From the NCBI GenBank assembly GCA_965198225.1, contig CBDAOY010000008.1, positions 640,001 to 704,000 of the forward strand: DNA of 64,000 bases. Reading direction: 5' to 3'. The notes below the pieces were generated by a model, which was not told the origin of the DNA, made no database searches, and worked only from the letters and a program-made list of their open reading frames with translations. Positions 30,642 through 40,133 of this stretch are shown here, one piece after another. This stretch comes from Terriglobia bacterium. GTDB lineage: Bacteria > Acidobacteriota > Terriglobia > 20CM-2-55-15. A program made the translations under genes and the position numbers. Position 1 is the stretch's first letter; every line of letters begins with the position of its first letter.

Positions 30642-32329
30642 GAGCCTGTCGGGAATAGATTGGGGATGGGTGGCCACAGAGGTCGGGGAAGAACCGGATG
30701 GGACCTAAGCTGGACGGGTGGATTTGTAGAAGAAGGCATGACGAAAAGCTTCCGATCCGATGACCTGAATCAGAGCTTGTTGATGCCGCCGTCGTTACAC
30801 GACTGGCTTCCGGAAAATCATTTGGCGCGATTTGTGGCCGACCTGGTGGAGACGCTGGATCTGTCGGCGTTTTACCGTTCCTATGAGGCGAAGGATGGAC
30901 GAGGTCAGGCGGCCTACTCCCCGGTGCTGATGGTGCGGTTGTTGGTGTACGGATATTGTACCGGGGTGGTGAGTTCGCGGCAGATCGAGAAACGGACGCA
31001 TGAGGACGTGGCGTTCCGGTATTTGAGTGCGGACACGCATCCGGATCACAGCACGTTCAACGAGTTTCGGAAACGGCATTTGGAGGCGTTGGCGGGACTG
31101 TTTCTGCAAGCGCTGGGATTGTGCCGGAAGGCGGGGCTGGTGAAACTGGGGCATGGGGCGGTCGACGGGACGAAACTCCAGGCGAACGCCAGCAAGCACA
31201 AGGCGATGAGTTATGGGCGGATGAGGGGGGCCGAAGAGACGCTGAAGGCGGAAGTGGAGGAGTTGCTGAAGCGGGCCGAGGCGGTCGACGCGGTCGAGGA
31301 TGAGAAGCAACGGCAAGGACTGACCGACCAGTTGCCGAAGGAATTGGCGCGGCGGGAAAGCCGGTTGAAGAAGATTCGACAGGCCCGGGCGGAATTGGAA
31401 GCGGAAGCCCGGCAGAAGGCGGGGAAGGCGAAGGCGGACGCGGAAGCGCGGATGGCCCAGCGGCGGAAGCAAGAGGAGCGAACGGGGAAGAAGACGGGTG
31501 GAGGCCAACCGCGGGTTCCCGATCCGAAGCAGGCGGCGCCGGATGCGAAGGCGCAGCGCAACTTCACCGATCCGGACAGCCGGATCATGCCCGACGGCGC
31601 GCACAAAGGCAGTTTCGTGCAGGCCTACAATGCCCAGATCGCTGTGGACGATGACACGCAAGTCATCGTCGCGGCCGAGATCACCCAGGACGCCAATGAC
31701 AAAGAGCAACTGGCGCCCATGGTCGCGCAAGTGCGGCGGAACACGGGGACCCGGCCCGTCGCGGTCAGCGCGGATGCCGGGTATTGGAGCCCCAGGCAGG
31801 TGACCGACCCGCGAGCCGCAGGGATCGATTTACACGTGGCCACGGGGCGAGTCCGGACCGGCGCATCCCCGAAGTCTTCCGGCGGCCCGCCCGGAGCGAC
31901 TGAAGGCGCCGGCGTACGGGAGCAAATGAAACAGAAACTGGACAGCGATGTGGGGCGGGCCGTCTACAAGATGCGCAAGGCGATTGTGGAACCGGTATTC
32001 GGACAGACCCGGGAATGCCGGGGATTCCGGCGTTTCAGTTTCCGCGGTCTCGAGAACGTGCGTGCGGAATGGCAACTGGTCTGTTGGACCCGCAACATCC
32101 TGAAGTTGTTTCGTTACGGAGGAGGATTCAAGCCACTGGCGGCTTGAATCGAAGCAGGGAGATCCTGGCCAACACAGAATCCGCGGATGAAAAATACGTA
32201 TCGCGTTCAATGGGGGGCTGCCGCAATCTCATCTCATGGATCTGTCTGAGCAAACGCTTCCCAACGTGGCCTTCATCCTGAAATCGCGATGGGGCTTTCA
32301 GCTTCAGATTTCTTATTGCCGACGGGCTC
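30642..32329 (+). mobile_element. IS1182-family element (second type)
   Basis: IR gagcctgtcgggaata / tattgccgacgggctc; CTAG on both sides. Confidence 0.9.
30738..32147 (+). CDS. IS1182-family transposase
   Basis: PPSLHDWL, AVDGTKLQANAS, NFTDPDSR, SADAGY, VEPVFG. Confidence 0.93.
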   Translation: MTKSFRSDDLNQSLLMPPSLHDWLPENHLARFVADLVETLDLSAFYRSYEAKDGRGQAAYSPVLMVRLLVYGYCTGVVSSRQIEKRTHEDVAFRYLSADTHPDHSTFNEFRKRHLEALAGLFLQALGLCRKAGLVKLGHGAVDGTKLQANASKHKAMSYGRMRGAEETLKAEVEELLKRAEAVDAVEDEKQRQGLTDQLPKELARRESRLKKIRQARAELEAEARQKAGKAKADAEARMAQRRKQEERTGKKTGGGQPRVPDPKQAAPDAKAQRNFTDPDSRIMPDGAHKGSFVQAYNAQIAVDDDTQVIVAAEITQDANDKEQLAPMVAQVRRNTGTRPVAVSADAGYWSPRQVTDPRAAGIDLHVATGRVRTGASPKSSGGPPGATEGAGVREQMKQKLDSDVGRAVYKMRKAIVEPVFGQTRECRGFRRFSFRGLENVRAEWQLVCWTRNILKLFRYGGGFKPLAA

Positions 32330-32731
32330 CTAGCTCACGAGCGCCCGCAACGACACCGCCACGTCTGCGGCACCGTGCAGGACCGCGTTGTCCAGAGTAG
32401 CCAAAGGAACGCCCAGGACCCGAGCGAGCGCGACGAACTCGGCATCGTAGGCAGTTAGGCCGCACTCCAACGCGACATCGATCACCTGGTGTCCAGACAC
32501 GCTGGCGATGCGATCTCCTAGAACGACAGCAGCATCATCGCTCATCGCTTTGGCCTGATCCGAGGTTAGCGCGCCCCGCCGCACGAAGCCGACCAGGACG
32601 TTGTGCAATTCACTCATGAGGATGCTGGGGGCCGCCCACTCGGTCTCCCGCTCAAACAACAGGGCCGCGTCGGTGCCCGCTGCTCCGCCCACTACCAGAC
32701 GAACTATCACATTCGTGTCAACTACGATCAC
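32330..32731 (-). CDS. PIN-domain (VapC-like) toxin
   Basis: MIVVDTNVI, SE, TAYDAEF, LATLD. Confidence 0.92.
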   Translation of the reverse strand: MIVVDTNVIVRLVVGGAAGTDAALLFERETEWAAPSILMSELHNVLVGFVRRGALTSDQAKAMSDDAAVVLGDRIASVSGHQVIDVALECGLTAYDAEFVALARVLGVPLATLDNAVLHGAADVAVSLRALVS

Positions 32732-32970
32732 AGTCGTCCCGTGTTCCGCATCTCTCGTAGCGTGTCCTCACTGAGGTCGATTGGTCCAAGTGTTTCGTTT
32801 CGCTGCCGGATACGATCCAGGAGGGTCTGCGGGTCTACTGGCTCGGGGCTAACCGACTCCGTTAACCTCGCGAGGATCTCCCCGTTTAGGCTACGGTGGT
32901 TCCGGCTCGCGGCTGACTTCAGCTCCCGATGCAGGGGGTCGGGGATTCCACGAAGCGCTATGTCTGGCAA
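32728..32970 (-). CDS. FitA/Arc-like ribbon-helix-helix antitoxin
   Basis: RBS ggagg + TTG; IALRGIPDPLHRELKSAASRNHRSLNGEIL. Confidence 0.85.
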   Translation of the reverse strand: MPDIALRGIPDPLHRELKSAASRNHRSLNGEILARLTESVSPEPVDPQTLLDRIRQRNETLGPIDLSEDTLREMRNTGRL

Positions 32971-33072
32971 ATTGGCCTCCTTCTGCAAAGTATAATACCA
33001 TAATGATATCATAAGAGTGTCAGGCGGTACCCTGGTTCGGCGACCCGGGAGGAGCTGCCGACGAATCGCCTG

Positions 33073-33096
33073 CTGTGCCAAAAATGTGTCAGAAAT
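33073..33096. promoter_or_regulatory. Putative integrase arm-type binding sites (right end)
   Basis: ctgtgccaaaaatgtgtcagaaat, direct repeat of 4506-4529. Confidence 0.65.
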
Positions 33097-33209
33097 GCAA
33101 GTCAAACAGCCAAAAAGGGTTCTGTGCTGAGCGAAAGCAGAGTCCCTGAATGGGTGTAACGCTATGGAAAATAAGGGAGAGAATAAAAGGAGAAGAGGAG
33201 AGGTAGCCA

Positions 33210-33248
33210 CTTAAAAGGCAGATGCTCTACCAACTGAGCTAACGGCCC
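33210..33248 (-). repeat. att site: 5' 39 nt of tRNA-Lys (base 1 to just past the anticodon loop)
   Basis: cttaaaaggcagatgctctaccaactgagctaacggccc identical to 4382-4420. Confidence 0.95.
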
Positions 33249-33259
33249 GTCAATTTAGG

Positions 33260-33288
33260 ATTCTATATCGGAACACAGGATCGGTCGA
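33260..33288 (-). promoter_or_regulatory. Putative native tRNA-Lys promoter
   Basis: Minus strand TCGACC-N17-TAGAAT, 11 nt upstream of the 5' half. Confidence 0.6.
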
Positions 33289-33356
33289 GGGACGGCCTCG
33301 GTTCCTTGACGTGTGCGGTCATAGACCGCACACACACCCGTTGGGGCGGTCGCGCT

Positions 33357-34646
<1,290 letters not shown>

Positions 34647-34693
34647 GATTCGTCCAATGGCTGGAACGCGGGAGGCGGCTTAGTGATCGAGCG

Positions 34694-35041
34694 TCAGTCG
34701 CCTTCGAAGTGGTAGCCGCAGGGTTCTTCGAGTTCCTTCAGGTCCTTGGGGACCAGGGGAAAGATCTGGCACTGTGCAAAATGCTTGCCGTAGATCGAGC
34801 AGCTGTATTGGCCGTCGACTTCGTCGAGGAACGGGCACCGGAGGAGGATCTTGCAGCAAGCCCCGCATCGGGTGCACTCGCCGCGACGCATCGCCAGGAG
34901 CCGTTCGTTCTCCATGGTGTAGACGCTGGCACGGAAAAAACGCCGGACCTTACCCTGCAGTTGCAAAGCGCGGAAGCGGAGCTTCTCGAAAGGATCTGTC
35001 GGTGGCCGGCGCACCGGCGCATTGAGGACTGGCAGTTCCAC
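34694..35041 (-). CDS. Small Cys-cluster protein (CxxCxxCC, YkgJ-like)
   Basis: GECTRCGACC..CPFL..CSIY..CQIFP..CGY. Confidence 0.75.
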   Translation of the reverse strand: MELPVLNAPVRRPPTDPFEKLRFRALQLQGKVRRFFRASVYTMENERLLAMRRGECTRCGACCKILLRCPFLDEVDGQYSCSIYGKHFAQCQIFPLVPKDLKELEEPCGYHFEGD

Positions 35042-35064
35042 TTACAACTCGCTCGACAGTGTTG

Positions 35065-35397
35065 CTAGGAAATATGTTTCGAGATTGCGCCGACGATGGT
35101 GGCCTTGGGAACGGCGCCGACCATCTGCTCCTTGACTTGTCCGTCTTTGAAGAGCAGCAACGTTGGGATCCCTCGAATGCTGAAACGGGCCGACAGCGCA
35201 TTGTTTGCGTCGACGTCCAGCTTTCCGACTTTCAGTTTGCCCTGGTATTCGCCTGCGATCTCATCGACTGTGGGGGCCAGCGCCTTGCAAGGTCCGCACC
35301 AGGCGGCCCAGAAATCTATGAGTACGGGAACGTCGGATTTCTCGACTTCGGCCTCAAAATTGGTGTCCGTGATCTCGACTGTATTCGTCCCCATCAA
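35065..35397 (-). CDS. trxA: Thioredoxin
   Basis: DFWAAWCGPCK, GIPTLLLFK. Confidence 0.97.
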   Translation of the reverse strand: MMGTNTVEITDTNFEAEVEKSDVPVLIDFWAAWCGPCKALAPTVDEIAGEYQGKLKVGKLDVDANNALSARFSIRGIPTLLLFKDGQVKEQMVGAVPKATIVGAISKHIS

Positions 35398-35588
35398 TCC
35401 CCCTCGGTGATTCTATGCATGAAATGTGTAACTTAGCCGAACCCCGGCGGAAAAGTCAAACCAGAGTAACGCTGGCGATCATACCGGGGCCGGAGGGCGG
35501 ATCGGGTCCGGGCCCTGCACGGCCTGAAATTCCTGCTTTTTTTGACTAGGTTCGGGTCCGATGGGCGGCGGGATCGGGAAAGGGCGAC

Positions 35589-35810
35589 TCAGGCGGAGAT
35601 ATCGATTCGGAGGCCGTGTTCGTCGGTCTCGACCTGCCCGTCCGGCGTGTAGGTCAACTCGGGCGGCGGCGCCTGAGCGTCGGCCTTCTTCTTCTTCGGG
35701 CGCTGGGCTGTCTGCCGCTTCCGCCGCCCGGAATTCGAAGTGGGCTGTATTCTCTGTAAGTTACCGATGCCAGAGTCGCCAGCCGTCGGGATTGTGGTTC
35801 CAGTTTCCAT
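35589..35810 (-). CDS. Small hypothetical protein
   Basis: RBS-like gaagg; ends LTYTPDG..LRIDISA. Confidence 0.55.
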   Translation of the reverse strand: METGTTIPTAGDSGIGNLQRIQPTSNSGRRKRQTAQRPKKKKADAQAPPPELTYTPDGQVETDEHGLRIDISA

Positions 35811-35922
35811 GTCAACCTTCTCCGCTACCTACTGTATCGGCCCTCCCGGATTAGAACTTTAGGGTATATTCGGGAACGCCCAAGCGCTTGCGCCGTCAAC
35901 CTGGGGACCAATCCCCCTTTTA

Positions 35923-37215
35923 TTGAAGGAAGCAGTGTCTTTCGAGAAGTTCCGCAACCTGCGCACCGAGCCGATCGTCATCAGCGGCATCGGATGCCTG
36001 ACCCCGCTGGGAAACGGCCGGGAAGCGCTGTGGGAAGGATTTCGTCAGAGCCGGAGCGGCGTCGACCGTATCCAGGCCTTCGACCCGTCTCCTTTTCCGG
36101 TTCAGATCGCCGGCGAAATCCGCGGGATCGACCCTTTCGACAACCTTCCGCGGAAAGAGCGCCAGCATGTGTCCCGGACCGCAGCCCTGGCCATCGGTGC
36201 AGCCCGCCTGGCCCTCGACGACGCGAAGCTGAATCCATCCGCTGCGAAAATCGAACAGCGACGCGGGATCGGAGTACTGTTGGGCAGCGGCGGCGGGGGG
36301 TTGGAGTTCACCGAACGACAGTACGCCCACTACTACAGCAAGCAGGTGCGGAAGGCCTCGGTCTATTCGATACCGACGTCGACGATCGGGACTCTCAGCA
36401 GCGAGGTGTCGATGGCGTTCAAGCTGCATGGTCCCAGCCATATCGTATCGACCGGGTGTACCAGCTCCACCGACGCTATCTTCTATGCCTGTCAGTCGGT
36501 CCTGACACGGCAGACCGACATCATGGTCACCGGCGGCGTCGACGCGCCCATCGCTCCCGGCATCCTGTCGGGGTTCTGCATGATGCGGATCCTGACCGAG
36601 TCCTGGAACCAGTGCCCCCAGTCCGGATCGCGGCCTTTCTCCAGCGACCGCGACGGCTTTGTTCTGGGTGAGGGCGCGTGGGTTTACATCGTCGAAACCG
36701 AAACGTCGGCCCGGGAGCGCGGCGCGCCGGTTTACGCAGAGGTGGCCGGGTATGGTTCGACGTGCGACGCGTACCATCGAGTCCGTCCCGACGAGTCGGG
36801 TGTGGAACCGGCCCGTGCCATGTCGCTCGCGATGGCGGATGCCGGCATCGACCCCGACGAGGTCGACTACGTCAACCTGCACGGAACTTCAACGGTCCTG
36901 AACGACCGTATCGAGACACGCGCGCTCAAGCAGAGTCTCGGCCCCGCGGCGTACCGCACTTCCATGAGCGCTTCGAAATCGATGTTCGGCCACCCGCAGG
37001 GCGCGAGCGGTGCCGCCGGCATCAGCGCGGCATTGTTTGCGATGCGTGAGGCGACGATTCCGCCCACGCTCAATCTGGAGCGCGCCGACGAGGAGTGCGA
37101 CCTGGACTACACACCATTGACCCCGCGGAAACAGGCTGTTCGCTACGCCCTTGCCAACTGCATCGGCTTCGGGTCGAAAAATTCGGCTCTCGTCCTCCGG
37201 AACCTCGATGCCTGA
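35923..37215 (+). CDS. FabF-like beta-ketoacyl synthase
   Basis: STGCTSS (Cys), NLHGTST (His), KSMFGH (His), GFVLGEG, GFGSKNS; start approximate. Confidence 0.92.
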   Translation: MKEAVSFEKFRNLRTEPIVISGIGCLTPLGNGREALWEGFRQSRSGVDRIQAFDPSPFPVQIAGEIRGIDPFDNLPRKERQHVSRTAALAIGAARLALDDAKLNPSAAKIEQRRGIGVLLGSGGGGLEFTERQYAHYYSKQVRKASVYSIPTSTIGTLSSEVSMAFKLHGPSHIVSTGCTSSTDAIFYACQSVLTRQTDIMVTGGVDAPIAPGILSGFCMMRILTESWNQCPQSGSRPFSSDRDGFVLGEGAWVYIVETETSARERGAPVYAEVAGYGSTCDAYHRVRPDESGVEPARAMSLAMADAGIDPDEVDYVNLHGTSTVLNDRIETRALKQSLGPAAYRTSMSASKSMFGHPQGASGAAGISAALFAMREATIPPTLNLERADEECDLDYTPLTPRKQAVRYALANCIGFGSKNSALVLRNLDA

Positions 37216-37855
37216 CCTGTCCCGAAGAGTCCACGACGAGGAACTGATGGACGACTTGGCGCGACCGGAGTCCGAGTTCATCGAGGCGTATCGGGAACTC
37301 GCCATCATCAATCGGTATCTTGGCGGCATCAGGGCGATAGAACGCTTCTCGCCGGCGATCGACGGTGGATTCCTTCTCGATGTTGCCGCCGGGGCGTGCG
37401 ACATCGGCGATGCGCTCACCCGGCAGAGCCGCTGGCGAGTGGTCGGACTGGACTTGAACGCCGGTGGTCTCCGGATGGCAAGACACAGCTTGGCGGTGGT
37501 CGGCGACGCTTTCGAGCTTCCGTTCTCCGACGACGCATTCGACGTCGTCACCGCTTCGTTGTTCTTCCACCATCTCTCCGATGACGACTGTGTTCGCGTC
37601 CTCGGGAGTATGTACCGGGTAGCGCGTCGGATGATTATCGTCAACGATCTGCATCGACATCAGCTGGCGTATCTGTCGATCGTCGTCCTGACGCGACTGT
37701 TCAGTCGGAGCGTGATGGTTCGGAACGACGGGCCTCTGTCGGTTCGGCGGGCATTCCGTATGGACGAACTGGCTCGCATCGCCCGGCGCGCCGGCATCGA
37801 TGCCCGCGTGTACCGCAGCTTTCCGTACCGTCTGGTTCTGGTGGCCGAGAAATGA
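37208..37855 (+). CDS. SAM-dependent methyltransferase
   Basis: EELMDD, LAIINRYLGG, LDVAAGACD, SLFFHHL, VNDLHR. Confidence 0.9.
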   Translation: MPDLSRRVHDEELMDDLARPESEFIEAYRELAIINRYLGGIRAIERFSPAIDGGFLLDVAAGACDIGDALTRQSRWRVVGLDLNAGGLRMARHSLAVVGDAFELPFSDDAFDVVTASLFFHHLSDDDCVRVLGSMYRVARRMIIVNDLHRHQLAYLSIVVLTRLFSRSVMVRNDGPLSVRRAFRMDELARIARRAGIDARVYRSFPYRLVLVAEK

Positions 37856-38853
37856 GAAGACACGACGTCGTCATCATCGGGGGCAGCCTCGCCGGGGCCT
37901 CCTGCGCGATGGCGCTCCGAGGGAAGGGAATCGACGTCGGCGTCTTCGACAGGGATCGCTTCCCAAGGCAGAAAGTGTGCGGAGAGTTCCTTTCGCCCGG
38001 GGCAGTTCGATGTCTCGACCGGCTCGGTGTGCTCGAAGAAGTTCTGGAGGCTGGAGCCGTTCGTGTCGATCGCGGCCGCATGTTGGCCGGCGGTCGCACG
38101 ATTGAGATTCCGTTCCCGGCGCCGGCACTGGGGTTCTCGCGGGAACGGCTCGACACTCTCCTGGCCGGGAGGGTGGGTGTCGAGGTGGGGTGCTCGGTCG
38201 AATCGGTGCGGCCGGACAGAGGAGGCTTTGTGGCGAACGTTTCGGAGGGGCCCGGCGGCCGCTTTGAGGTTTTTTCCAAGGTCGTCGTGGATGCGGCAGG
38301 GAAGTTGAGCCGGTTTACGAGCCGGCTCCCGACGTCGCGGTTCGGTGTGCAGTACCACGAAGCCGGAGACAACGGTTCGGTTCTCGATTTCGAGTTCTTC
38401 GATGGGGGCTACGGCGGATCGGTTTCGGTCGAGGGCGGCCGTAGGAACTTCTGTTTCCTCGTCGAGGGCGGCCAGCTCGACCGCTTTCGTCGGAAGCGAG
38501 GATGCGTCGTGACCGGCCGCGTGGCCTACCGGCGTGTCGACGGGGAATACCTGGCCATCGGAGACGCGGCCGGTATGATCGATCCCTTCTGCGGGGAGGG
38601 CATGCGTCACGCGTTCGAATCGGGGCTGCTTGCGGCCCGCGTCATCGGTGAGGGCCTTCACGAAGGCTGTGGCTACGACGAAATGCGGCGGCGATACGGC
38701 GCACTGTTGGGCGCCTCCTGGTCGCGCAAACGGACACTGGCCTCGACCATCCGATCGATCCTCGCCTCTCCCCGTCTGTTGAAGGGCGCCTTCGCGTTCG
38801 GCGTGCGCTCGCCGATACTGCCCTCCATCCTCCTCAGACAACTGTGGAAGTGA
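37852..38853 (+). CDS. FAD-dependent oxidoreductase (GG-reductase/halogenase-like fold)
   Basis: IIGGSLAG, FPRQKVCGE, IGDAAGMIDPFCGEGM. Confidence 0.9.
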   Translation: MRRHDVVIIGGSLAGASCAMALRGKGIDVGVFDRDRFPRQKVCGEFLSPGAVRCLDRLGVLEEVLEAGAVRVDRGRMLAGGRTIEIPFPAPALGFSRERLDTLLAGRVGVEVGCSVESVRPDRGGFVANVSEGPGGRFEVFSKVVVDAAGKLSRFTSRLPTSRFGVQYHEAGDNGSVLDFEFFDGGYGGSVSVEGGRRNFCFLVEGGQLDRFRRKRGCVVTGRVAYRRVDGEYLAIGDAAGMIDPFCGEGMRHAFESGLLAARVIGEGLHEGCGYDEMRRRYGALLGASWSRKRTLASTIRSILASPRLLKGAFAFGVRSPILPSILLRQLWK

Positions 38854-38886
38854 GAGTTCGCATTTTCGACACCATGGAAGCGAAAG

Positions 38887-38959
38887 TTCGGGGACGGAGA
38901 CCGAACTGCAGATTTCCGGAGTTCGGTCTCCGTCCCCGAATTCACCGTCCCCGAATTCA
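38887..38959. repeat. REP-like 21-bp perfect hairpin plus 15-bp tandem duplication
   Basis: ttcggggacggagaccgaact-N12-agttcggtctccgtccccgaa; ccgtccccgaattca x2. Confidence 0.85.
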
Positions 38960-40099
38960 GTGACTACGACGCTCTACATTCTCGCCGCGCTTACTATCTT
39001 ACAAGGCCTGATATCCCTGAGGGATGGCATACGAAACATGAAGTATGCACTGAATTTTGTGGGGCCCGATCCACCGGTCGGATCGGTTCTGGTATTTTGC
39101 CCCGCAACAGGGGCCGAGCCGACCCTGAAAGCGAACGCCCGCTCGCTGCTGGCCCAGACGCATCCGAATTACCGGGTCTTGTTCATCGTCGAATCGGAGG
39201 AAGATCCGGCCTGGGCGGCCCTTTCCGCTATCGAAGGGGCGGAGCTGTTTGTCGCAGGAATGGCCGAGGATTCCGGCCAGAAGGTGCACAATCTGTCCGA
39301 AGCCGTACGGTCGGCGGGTTCGTCGGCCGACATACTGGTTTTCAGCGATTCCGACGCCCGGTTTCCCGAGAACTGGCTTCTGCAGCTCGTCGCGCCGCTT
39401 TCCGACAGCTCGGTCGGCGCCAGCACGGGTTACCGGTGGTATCTGGCTCCGAATCGCGGGCTGAGGGAGCTGCTCCGCTCCGCGTGGAACGCGTCGGTCG
39501 CCGGTTTCCTCGGGCCTCACCGGAACAACTTCGTCTGGGGCGGCTCGACGGCCATTCGCCGGGAGTTCTTCGATCGGGCCGGTGTCCTGGCTGCCTGGAA
39601 AGGTGCCTTGAGCGACGACTATGTGCTCACCCGGGCCATTCGCCGGGCGGGGCTCGGAGTCGTCTTTGTACCGACCTGTCTCGTGCCCTCCGAGGAGCGT
39701 TCCGGCTGGCGGGACCTGTTCGAGTTCACTACCCGTCAGATCAAGATCACCCGAGTCTACGCGGGCCGGATCTGGGCGATCGGCCTGGTCTCATACACGC
39801 TGTTCAACCTGACGTTTCTCTGGCTCGCCTGGACGATGTTCGTCGATCCCGTTGCGCTGGCGCTCTGGCTGTTCGTCTATGCTCTGGCGGTGATTCGCTC
39901 CGGCGTCCGCCTGAGGGCGGCGCGTGTGGCCGGCAGGGAGTTCGGGCGCCCTTCCTGGTTTTACTTGCTCTCGCCGCCCCTGGTTTCTCTTCTCTACCAG
40001 GTCAACTTCGTCGCCTCGGCTCTCAGCCGTCGGATCAAGTGGAAAGGCGTGTCTTACCGGATGATCTCGCCGTCGGAAACACGCCTTGATCGGGCGTGA
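38960..40099 (+). CDS. Membrane GT2/GT21-like glycosyltransferase (HpnI/ceramide glucosyltransferase-like)
   Basis: N-terminal TM, KVHNL, FSDSD, SDDY, TTRQ, C-terminal TMs, IKWKG. Confidence 0.85.
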   Translation: MTTTLYILAALTILQGLISLRDGIRNMKYALNFVGPDPPVGSVLVFCPATGAEPTLKANARSLLAQTHPNYRVLFIVESEEDPAWAALSAIEGAELFVAGMAEDSGQKVHNLSEAVRSAGSSADILVFSDSDARFPENWLLQLVAPLSDSSVGASTGYRWYLAPNRGLRELLRSAWNASVAGFLGPHRNNFVWGGSTAIRREFFDRAGVLAAWKGALSDDYVLTRAIRRAGLGVVFVPTCLVPSEERSGWRDLFEFTTRQIKITRVYAGRIWAIGLVSYTLFNLTFLWLAWTMFVDPVALALWLFVYALAVIRSGVRLRAARVAGREFGRPSWFYLLSPPLVSLLYQVNFVASALSRRIKWKGVSYRMISPSETRLDRA

Positions 40100-40133
40100 T
40101 TCGATTTCCCTCAATTTTGATACGATTATAGTT

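Larger units (their letters stand above)
4382..33248 (-). mobile_element. ~28.8-kb decayed integrative conjugative element at tRNA-Lys
   Basis: 39-bp direct repeat (4382-4420 = 33210-33248), adjacent integrase/xis, relaxase, T4SS genes, matching arm-type repeats inside both ends. Confidence 0.9.

Noticed and set aside
33210-33248. Second tRNA-Lys gene
   Set aside because: Only bases 1-39; no T-arm or 3' acceptor strand follows.
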